Assembly (NCBI GenBank): GCA_041650375.1
Contig: JBAZLH010000004.1
Location: 1 to 32,000, forward strand
DNA: 32,000 bases
Direction of reading: 5' to 3'
From: Minisyncoccota bacterium
GTDB lineage: Bacteria > Patescibacteriota > Minisyncoccia > Minisyncoccales > Minisyncoccaceae
The position numbers and the translations under genes are program-made. This document shows positions 25,843-32,000 of this stretch, one piece after another. Positions within the stretch are counted from its first letter, which is position 1. Every line of letters begins with the position of its first letter. The notes under the pieces are model-generated. The model ran no database searches and was not told the origin of the DNA. It was given only the letters and a program-made list of their open reading frames with translations.

Positions 25843-26157
25843 CTTGCGTAAAAGGTGCAAAAAACAAAGAGCTGTTATAGGTGGCAGGAATGGAACTCCT
25901 ACGATGCTACCCCTCCATTCCCACCGCGATGATCTTATGCAAACGACATTTTAGTGGCTATGCCGTTCGTTGGTTCGATTCGCAGAGATTGGGCTGAACT
26001 CAGGTGACGATAATCCCAAACTCTACAATAATACTTATACCACAAAATAAATATTTTGCAAGCCCCCCCGGTTCGAGTCTCTTCAAACACGCTTCGCGGT
26101 ACTTCCACGCAAACAGGACTCGCTTTCAAAAAATTTTATTAAAATTTTTTGGAACGA

Positions 26158-26177
26158 AGTGCCCCAAACAGGACTCG
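26158..26177. repeat. Exact 20-nt direct repeat of the tRNA-Lys 3' end (partner at 26346-26365)
   Basis: AGTGCCCCAAACAGGACTCG occurs at 26158-26177 and at 26346-26365. A 13-nt partial copy, CAAACAGGACTCG, lies at 26110-26122. Confidence 0.9.
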
Positions 26178-26291
26178 GCTTCAGTAACTTTTGCTTTGCA
26201 AAAGTTCTTCAGCCCGGCCTCGCTCGCCATTCGTCCGCCAACTCTGGCGGACTTCATATTGGCGAGCTCCGGCTTCTCGTCCTGTTTGGGG
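26162..26291. repeat. 130-nt branched hairpin closed by a 13-bp inverted repeat derived from the tRNA-Lys 3' end
   Basis: CCCCAAACAGGAC(26162-26174) pairs with GTCCTGTTTGGGG(26279-26291). Inner arms are AACTTTTGC/GCAAAAGTT, CTCGCCA/TGGCGAG and GTCCGCCA/TGGCGGAC. Confidence 0.7.
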
Positions 26292-26305
26292 TGTGCTTTA
26301 TCATT

Positions 26306-26341
26306 AAATAAAAAGAGGGTATGAATACCCTCTTTTTATTT
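26306..26341. terminator. Bidirectional rho-independent terminator
   Basis: 12-bp stem AAAAAGAGGGTA/TACCCTCTTTTT (26310-26321 / 26326-26337) with A/T runs on both sides, immediately 3' of tRNA-Lys. Confidence 0.8.
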
Positions 26342-26347
26342 AAATAG

Positions 26348-26420
26348 TGCCCCAAACAGGACTCGAACCTGTGACCTTCAACTTAAAAGGTTGTTGCTCT
26401 ACCAACTGAGCTATTGGGGC
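26348..26420 (-). tRNA. tRNA-Lys(UUU), CCA not encoded
   Basis: Hand-folded cloverleaf: GCCCCAA/TTGGGGC acceptor stem, anticodon loop CTTTTAA, T-arm ACAGG-TTCGAGT-CCTGT, discriminator A. Confidence 0.92.
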
Positions 26421-26435
26421 TGGCAAGAAGAATTA

Positions 26436-27545
26436 CTATAATCCTTCTTTTTTTAATTCTTCAAGCAAGTCTTTTTGCTTTTTCGTCAATTTTTGCGGTG
26501 TTTCAATATTCAATTGAACATACATATTTCCGCGGCCGATTCCAGAAAAATGCGGAATGCCGCGATGGGAAACCTTTAGAACGTCTCCGGAAACCGTAGC
26601 CGGAGAAACTTTTAAAACCAATTTCTCCCCCTCTAATGTCGGGATTTTTATTTTATCTCCCAGAGCCGCTTGCGAGAAAGAAATAAGCTGGTTTAAATAT
26701 AAATCATCTCCCTTTCTCTCAAATAAAGCGTGCGGTTTTACGAAAATCCTGATATACAGGTCTCCGTCTTCGCCGCCCCGCCTGCCGGCGTCACCTTTAC
26801 GTTTTACCTTAATTATTTGCTCATTGTCAACACCGGCCGGAATTTTAATCATTATTTTCTCTTCTTTTTTCAACCGGCCTTCGCCATGGCAAACATTACA
26901 AGGCGTTTCCGGCTTGGAACCCTCGCCTTTGCATTCCGGACAAATCGCCACCTGGGTAAAAGTTCCGAAAACAGTCTTTCTCATTTGTTGCACCCTACCC
27001 GTGCCGCGGCAAGTAAAACATTCTTTTATTTGTGTATTTGGCTCAGCGCCCGTGCCAACGCAACGCGAACATTTTATGTTTTTTAAAATGCTTATTTCTT
27101 TATCTTGCTCTTTTAAAATTGATTCCAATGGCAACTCCAATTCCACCTCAATATCGCTGCCTCTTTTTATGTCTTTGTCTTGGCGGGTGTTTTGGTTAAA
27201 GCCGCCGCTAAATCCGCTGCCGAACATATCAAAAATATCCTCAATGTCCCCAAAATTTCCCATAATGTCTTCCCAGCTGACGTTTCCACCGTTAAATCCC
27301 TGAAAACCGCTGGCGTTGCCGCGGGCATTGTTAAAATTAACATTACTCCCGAATTGGTCGTATTGGGCCCTTTTTTCCTTATCAGACAAAATCTGATAAG
27401 CTTCATTTATCTCTTTAAACTTTTCCTCGTTTCCGCCTTTTTTATCCGGATGGAATTGATGGGCCAATTTATAATAAGCCTTCTTAATTTCGTCCGCGCT
27501 GGAAGTTTTGGAAACGCCCAATATTTTATAATAATCTTTTTGCAT
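26436..27545 (-). CDS. dnaJ: Molecular chaperone DnaJ
   Basis: J domain (YYKILGV...HPDK), G/F-rich linker and four CxxCxGxG zinc-finger repeats. Confidence 0.93.
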   Translation of the reverse strand: MQKDYYKILGVSKTSSADEIKKAYYKLAHQFHPDKKGGNEEKFKEINEAYQILSDKEKRAQYDQFGSNVNFNNARGNASGFQGFNGGNVSWEDIMGNFGDIEDIFDMFGSGFSGGFNQNTRQDKDIKRGSDIEVELELPLESILKEQDKEISILKNIKCSRCVGTGAEPNTQIKECFTCRGTGRVQQMRKTVFGTFTQVAICPECKGEGSKPETPCNVCHGEGRLKKEEKIMIKIPAGVDNEQIIKVKRKGDAGRRGGEDGDLYIRIFVKPHALFERKGDDLYLNQLISFSQAALGDKIKIPTLEGEKLVLKVSPATVSGDVLKVSHRGIPHFSGIGRGNMYVQLNIETPQKLTKKQKDLLEELKKEGL

Positions 27546-27595
27546 TTAAAATATAAATGGCAAAACCATATGATTTTGCCATTCGGAAATTTTGA

Positions 27596-29512
27596 TTAAT
27601 TGCCTTTATCTTCTTCCGTCTCGGCTTCCGGCGGTTCTTTTTTTTCATTCGCTTCCGGATTCGGTTCAACGGGCTGTTCCGGTTGTTGTTTGTAAACCTG
27701 TTCCCCTATTTTTTGGATAGCGGTAGACAATTCGCCGGACTTAGCTTTGATTTCGTCCATATTATCACTATCTTTAACTTTTTTCAAATCATTTATCTTG
27801 CCCTCAACTTCGGTTTTTAATTCAGCCGTAATCTTGCCTTCAGCGTCCTTAAGGGCTTTTTCCGAAGTGTAGATTAAGTTATCCGCCATATTCCTGGCTT
27901 CAATCAATTCTTTATTCTTTTGGTCCGCAACCGCGTTCACTTCCGCTTCTTTTGTCATTCTCTCAATCTCTTCCTTGGATAAGCCGATTGAACCCTGGAC
28001 TTTAATGGACTGGGTTTTGCCCGTGGCTTTATCGGTCGCCACCACGGTTAATATGCCGCTGGCGTCAATATCGAATTTTACTTCCACTTGCGGCAAGCCT
28101 CGCGGCGCCGGAGCGATTCCATCCAAAATAAACCTGCCCAGGGAACGGTTATCTTTTGCCATCGGCCTTTCGCCTTGAAGCACGTTAATTTCCACCGACG
28201 TTTGATTGTCCGCGGCCGTGGAAAAAACTTGCGCGCCGGAAGTCGGAACCGTGGTGTTTTTCGCGATCATAATCGTATCCACTCCGCCAAATGTTTCGAT
28301 TCCAAGCGACAACGGCAATACATCCAAAAGCAAGACGCTTTTAATGTCTCCTTCCGGCGTGCGGCCTTCTTCTTTGGCAGTTAATATTTCCGCCTGAATC
28401 GCGGCGCCCACGGCCACAACCTCTTCCGGATTAATGGATTTATTCGGCTCTTTGCCAAAAAAATCTTTAACCATTTGGCGGACCAACGGAATCAAAGTTG
28501 TGCCTCCCACTAAAACAATCTCGTTAATTTCGCTTTTGTTAAGCTTGATTTCATCAATCGTTTGCCTGACTTTCTCAACAGACCTTTCCACCAAGTCCTT
28601 GGTCATGCCCTCAAATTGGGCTCTGGTTATTTTATATTCCAAATGTTTCGGCCCGTCGGCGTTGGAGGTTATAAACGGCAAATTAATATTTGTCTCCAAG
28701 GCGCTGGATAATTCCGTTTTGGCTTTTTCCGCCGCTTCCCTTAAGCGCTGCAAAGCCAAAGTGTCCTTGCTTAAATCAATTCCTTCGCTTTTCTTAAACT
28801 CATCCAAAAGCCAATTAATGATTCTTTGGTCAAAATCATTGCCGCCCAAATGCGCTTCTCCGCCAGTTGCCAAAACTTCCACCACTTCCGGTGAAACATC
28901 CAAAATCGTGACATCAAACGTGCCGCCGCCAAAATCATAAACCAATATTTTCTGCGCTTCTTTTTTTCCAAAGCCGTAAGCTAAAGCCGCGGCTGTTGGT
29001 TCGTTGATTACACGGAGCACGTTAAAACCCGCGATTTCACCCGCGGCCACCGTGGCTTTTCTTTGCGAATCGTCAAAATTGGCCGGGCAAGTAATCACCA
29101 CGTTTTTAATGTCTTCTCCCAATTTTTCTTTGGCATCGGCTTTCACTTTTTGCAAAATCATGGAAGAAATTTCAATCGGCGTATACCATTTATCTCCCAT
29201 TTTAACTTCTACTCCGCCATCGCTTCTTTCCTTTGTTTCGTAAGGCAAAAGCTTTAATTCTTTTTGCACTTCCGGATCAGAAAACCTTCGGCCGATAAAC
29301 CTTTTTACTCCAGAAATAGTGTTTTGCGGATTGGTAATGGCCTGCCTTTGCGCCAAAATCCCAACCACTCTTTCCCCGCCCTTGGTATAAGCCACGACTG
29401 ACGGAGTTAAAATAGACCCTTCCCTGTTTTCCAAGGCTTTCGGGTCACCATTGATTATTGATGCTGACTTGGTAATAGCTGTACCCAAATCAATTCCTAA
29501 AATTTTTGCCAT
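27596..29512 (-). CDS. dnaK: Molecular chaperone DnaK (Hsp70)
   Basis: ILGIDLGT, DFGGGTFDV and VLVGGTTLIP signatures, 638 aa. Confidence 0.97.
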   Translation of the reverse strand: MAKILGIDLGTAITKSASIINGDPKALENREGSILTPSVVAYTKGGERVVGILAQRQAITNPQNTISGVKRFIGRRFSDPEVQKELKLLPYETKERSDGGVEVKMGDKWYTPIEISSMILQKVKADAKEKLGEDIKNVVITCPANFDDSQRKATVAAGEIAGFNVLRVINEPTAAALAYGFGKKEAQKILVYDFGGGTFDVTILDVSPEVVEVLATGGEAHLGGNDFDQRIINWLLDEFKKSEGIDLSKDTLALQRLREAAEKAKTELSSALETNINLPFITSNADGPKHLEYKITRAQFEGMTKDLVERSVEKVRQTIDEIKLNKSEINEIVLVGGTTLIPLVRQMVKDFFGKEPNKSINPEEVVAVGAAIQAEILTAKEEGRTPEGDIKSVLLLDVLPLSLGIETFGGVDTIMIAKNTTVPTSGAQVFSTAADNQTSVEINVLQGERPMAKDNRSLGRFILDGIAPAPRGLPQVEVKFDIDASGILTVVATDKATGKTQSIKVQGSIGLSKEEIERMTKEAEVNAVADQKNKELIEARNMADNLIYTSEKALKDAEGKITAELKTEVEGKINDLKKVKDSDNMDEIKAKSGELSTAIQKIGEQVYKQQPEQPVEPNPEANEKKEPPEAETEEDKGN

Positions 29513-29541
29513 ATATATTTTTTATCTCTTTATAATAAAGG

Positions 29542-29661
29542 TATTTGAATTATCTTGATTGGACATATATCGGAAGAAAATTTTAGTAAAAATTTTCTGA
29601 GATAAAGCGTAATTTTCCTGCAGAAAAATTAACGCGGTGAACAATCAAGATAATTCAAATA
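29542..29661. promoter_or_regulatory. 120-nt three-way-junction element in the predicted dnaK 5' UTR
   Basis: Perfect 20-bp inverted repeat TATTTGAATTATCTTGATTG(29542-29561)/CAATCAAGATAATTCAAATA(29642-29661). It encloses hairpins at 29575-29598 and 29607-29635. Confidence 0.5.
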
Positions 29662-29673
29662 GCCTATAAGTTT

Positions 29674-29702
29674 ATTTTATTGGATTAGCACTCTAATGTC
29701 AA
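29674..29702 (-). promoter_or_regulatory. Sigma70-like promoter TTGACA-17-TAAAAT for dnaK-dnaJ
   Basis: The -35 (29697-29702) lies in the CIRCE spacer. The -10 is at 29674-29679 on the minus strand. Confidence 0.55.
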
Positions 29703-29711
29703 GATTGCTAA
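29685..29711. promoter_or_regulatory. CIRCE (HrcA operator) inverted repeat
   Basis: TTAGCACTC-N9-GATTGCTAA against the consensus TTAGCACTC-N9-GAGTGCTAA (one mismatch). Located between grpE and dnaK. Confidence 0.75.
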
Positions 29712-29717
29712 CAACGG

Positions 29718-30236
29718 CTACTTGGATATTTTTACTTTAGCCGGCCTGATTATTTTATTTCTAAAGCGATAACCCTTTTCCACTTCCTCAACAACCAATT
29801 CCGGCTCTTTGTCTTTTTGAGCATCCACAACTTCAACCACTTCGTCTAAGCTAGGATCAAATCTTTTATTTAACCGCTCAAGTTTTTCTAATCCTTCGTC
29901 GTTTAAAACTTGCTCCAATTGGTTTTTTATCATTAACAATCCTTTAATATTTTGGTCTTGTTTTTTGTCCGGCGCTATGGCATTTTCCGCCCGGTTTAAA
30001 TTATCAACAATCGGCAGTATTTCCAAAATAAAATCTTGCTTTATGTTTTCTATTATATTTCCCAGCCGTTCAAATTCTTTATTTTTATAATTTATGAAAT
30101 CCGCTTTTTCCCTTTGCCAGCCATTAAAATAGTCTTGTTTTTCTTTTTCGGTTTTGTCCAATAAATCTTTCAAGTCGCTAATCAGGTCTTCGTCGGAAAT
30201 AATTTCTTCTTCTTTGTCTTTATCTTCTTTCGCCAT
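29718..30236 (-). CDS. grpE: Nucleotide exchange factor GrpE
   Basis: Acidic, coiled N-terminus, C-terminal FDPSLDEVVEVV...GYRFRNKIIRPAKV pattern, and its position in the hrcA-grpE-dnaK cluster. Confidence 0.88.
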   Translation of the reverse strand: MAKEDKDKEEEIISDEDLISDLKDLLDKTEKEKQDYFNGWQREKADFINYKNKEFERLGNIIENIKQDFILEILPIVDNLNRAENAIAPDKKQDQNIKGLLMIKNQLEQVLNDEGLEKLERLNKRFDPSLDEVVEVVDAQKDKEPELVVEEVEKGYRFRNKIIRPAKVKISK

Positions 30237-30237
30237 A

Positions 30238-30939
30238 TTACAATAAATCTTTTAAAACTTTATTAATAGAATGGATTAAATTGATATTCTTGGTGTAATC
30301 CATCCGTTTCGGCCCCAAGATGGAAACAAAGGCTTTTTCCTTATCTGAGATTGAACAAGTTGAACAAATCAAGCTTAAATTATCAGCCTTAGGAATCGGT
30401 ATTTCGTGGCCGATATAAATGTTCACTCCGCTGGATTCAATATTTTTTATTTTTTCTTCAAAATTATCCAAAAAATTCAAAAGGTTGAAAGCGAAATTAT
30501 TTTCCAAAAATTCCGGCTCGCGGGCGATTTCATCCCAGCCTTCTTTCCAGGAAACATCATTATTCACGAAATGGATAATCGCCAAGCCGGACGAAGCGCC
30601 GGCTAAAAATTTAGCCAAATTGCCCGCCAGTTTAAACTGGTCGTCGATTTGTTTGTTTAAGATTTCATTCAGCTCCGCTTCAATGCTTCTCTCTTCTTTA
30701 GGCTCAACGAAAGTGTCCACAAAAAAACGGTAAGCCCTGTCCGTGGGAATGCGGCCAGCGGAAGTGTGCGGCTGCTCCAAAAATCCGCCTTTGATTAAAA
30801 GCTGCATCTCAATCCTAATCGCGGACGGGCACAGCCCGAAATCGTACTTTTTCGCTAAAAACTCCGAACTGATAGGCTCGGCTGTTTTAATGTATTCCTT
30901 AATTAAGGCTTTTAATATTTCGTTTTGTCGCTCGGTCAT
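30238..30939 (-). CDS. hrcA: Heat-inducible transcription repressor HrcA (short form)
   Basis: N-terminal winged-helix ERQNEILKALIKEYIKTAEPISSEFLAKK....SAIRIEM..L...GFLEQPHTSAGRIPTDRAYRFFVD. 233 aa, shorter than the ~340 aa I recall as typical. Confidence 0.85.
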   Translation of the reverse strand: MTERQNEILKALIKEYIKTAEPISSEFLAKKYDFGLCPSAIRIEMQLLIKGGFLEQPHTSAGRIPTDRAYRFFVDTFVEPKEERSIEAELNEILNKQIDDQFKLAGNLAKFLAGASSGLAIIHFVNNDVSWKEGWDEIAREPEFLENNFAFNLLNFLDNFEEKIKNIESSGVNIYIGHEIPIPKADNLSLICSTCSISDKEKAFVSILGPKRMDYTKNINLIHSINKVLKDLL

Positions 30940-30946
30940 TGGTGAA

Positions 30947-30974
30947 ATTATAGCACGAATATTTTATCAGTCAA
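30947..30974 (-). promoter_or_regulatory. Sigma70-like promoter TTGACT-16-TATAAT placed for a leaderless hrcA mRNA
   Basis: -35 at 30969-30974 and -10 at 30947-30952. Only 7 nt separate the -10 from the hrcA ATG (30939). Confidence 0.55.
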
Positions 30975-31001
30975 CATACCCAAGTGCCATACATAAATTT
31001 A

Positions 31002-32000
31002 TTAAGGGTGATTATAGCGAAAAATAACAATTCCTGAACCACCTTTAAAATTACCGCTTCCGCCGCCGCCAAGCCCATCAATTCCCGCGCTATGACTACC
31101 GCCACCACCAGCTCCAGCAGCTCCATATATTGTTTGCAATTCAGAAGCTCCGCCGCCGCCGCCGGCATAGTATGTTGCGGCTCCCGTAATACTTGATTGT
31201 TGTCCGGAGCCACCAGCCCCTGAAACTCCCGCGGTAGCCGTTCCCCCAATCGCTCCCGCACCCCCGCCGCCTCCGCCCGGATAAGGGCTATTCCTATGAT
31301 TACCCCCGCCCGCATAACCTTGCATGGAAGTTCCCCCGCCACCAGATCTAAGAGTCACACCATCATTTCCCGCTCCACCACCGGAACCACCCCCCACTCC
31401 GTTGGTTCCTTGTCCGCCACCGCCGCCACCTCCGACCGACGTAATCGATCCAAACACGGAGTTACCACCGCTTGATGCCGGAGTAAATTGGCTTGATCCT
31501 GCTGCTCCACCGGCACCAACTGTTATTGATAAGACATTTCCCGTAGAAACTGTTAAGGGTGATTCTGCCGAACCGCCGCCACCCGAAGTTTCTCCCACTA
31601 TTGAACTTCGATATCCGCCGCCTCCGCCACCGCCTCCCAAAATATGCCCGCCACCGCCTCCGCCAACAACTAAATATCGAATTGATGTTATCCCATCCGA
31701 AACAGTAAAATTAGTTTGTCCCGCCCCTGAAACATAGATACACCTACACGCTTCTTCGGTTGAGTTAATGGTTATTGACGCGCAAGTTACCTGTGCATTA
31801 GACGCCGCGGCGCAAGTGCTAGTAAACGGGGCCACTGTCGCAAAACCGGAAAGCGAATCGTATTTATATGCAAAACCGCTGCTCAAGGTTGCTTGAAGCA
31901 CAAACTTGGGAGTGGCTGTGTATGTGTAAGTATAATATGTTCCAGTTGGGTCAATTGGTATGCTTGGCAAGTAAGACTGGATGTTTGCGTAGAAACCGGT
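31002..32000 (-). CDS. Glycine-rich repeat protein with a pilin-like upstream segment, 5'-truncated by the window edge
   Basis: The frame stays open to nt 32000. Repeated GGGGG tracts (IRYLVVGGGGGG...GGSGIVIFRY) are typical of glycine-rich-domain proteins. The preceding PIDPTGTYYTYTYTATPKFVLQATL resembles pilin/pseudopilin C-terminal segments. Confidence 0.8.
   Translation of the reverse strand, partial: TGFYANIQSYLPSIPIDPTGTYYTYTYTATPKFVLQATLSSGFAYKYDSLSGFATVAPFTSTCAAASNAQVTCASITINSTEEACRCIYVSGAGQTNFTVSDGITSIRYLVVGGGGGGHILGGGGGGGGYRSSIVGETSGGGGSAESPLTVSTGNVLSITVGAGGAAGSSQFTPASSGGNSVFGSITSVGGGGGGGQGTNGVGGGSGGGAGNDGVTLRSGGGGTSMQGYAGGGNHRNSPYPGGGGGGAGAIGGTATAGVSGAGGSGQQSSITGAATYYAGGGGGASELQTIYGAAGAGGGGSHSAGIDGLGGGGSGNFKGGSGIVIFRYNHP

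Noticed and set aside
25939-26010. tmRNA-like tag start GCAAACGAC and T-loop-like GGTTCGA strings (25972, 26070)
   Set aside because: The reading frame gives a 22-codon peptide ending in R rather than a hydrophobic/Ala tag. The T-loop-like strings have no complementary stems and no acceptor or CCA end.
26557-27303. 248-aa plus-strand ORF, with others at 27180-27599 and 28434-28940
   Set aside because: They lie antisense to dnaJ and dnaK, which are unambiguous. Their composition is typical of shadow ORFs.
31324-31737. 137-aa proline-rich ORF on the plus strand
   Set aside because: It is the antisense reading of the GGN-rich glycine-repeat gene (CCN codons). The minus-strand gene has a recognisable domain signature. 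The 30971-31342 minus-strand ORF in another frame is the same kind of artefact.
1-32000. CRISPR arrays, rRNA genes, IS transposases, toxin-antitoxin pairs or known defence-system genes
   Set aside because: No regularly spaced repeats, rRNA-like sequence, transposase or defence signatures were seen on either strand. The repeats present are the tRNA-Lys-derived copies, the 25-nt twin motif and intergenic palindromes described above.

Overview
AT-rich, tightly packed bacterial chromosome segment that fits the standard genetic code. The gene style (catalytic-domain-only BirA, short HrcA, pilin-like glycine-rich protein, many small orphan genes) suggests a reduced-genome lineage such as Patescibacteria/CPR; that assignment is inference only. 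Layout: (i) 1-4600, plus strand, holds small orphan genes (Cys-rich protein, lipoprotein plus membrane-protein pair, MliC-type lysozyme-inhibitor domain, zincin-like peptidase, excisionase-type HTH), each with its own sigma70-like promoter or hairpin terminator. (ii) 4600-5120 holds two tiny promoter-to-terminator units with no long ORF. (iii) tpiA. (iv) 6130-7010 is ORF-free, with a candidate ~540-nt structured RNA and two short repeated units, followed by a XerC/D-type recombinase and a 183-aa orphan. (v) 8972-19282 is a 10-gene minus-strand operon: SCP-x/archaeal-type thiolase, DUF35+DUF362-like fusion, FabG, FabZ-FabK-like fusion, FabK, PlsC, biotin carboxylase, BCCP, BirA and acyl-CoA carboxyltransferase. 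It contains no ACP, FabD or KAS gene and is the best candidate here for an undescribed system. (vi) uppS, rpmA, pyrG, rplI, S41 peptidase, MiaB/MtaB-family enzyme. (vii) tRNA-Gly(CCC) and tRNA-Lys(UUU) flank ~770 nt of structured non-coding DNA carrying extra copies of the tRNA-Lys 3' end. (viii) hrcA-grpE-dnaK-dnaJ with an internal CIRCE-controlled promoter. (ix) A 5'-truncated glycine-rich protein. I saw no rRNA, CRISPR array or transposase. All calls come from reading the sequence and ORF translations, with no database search.
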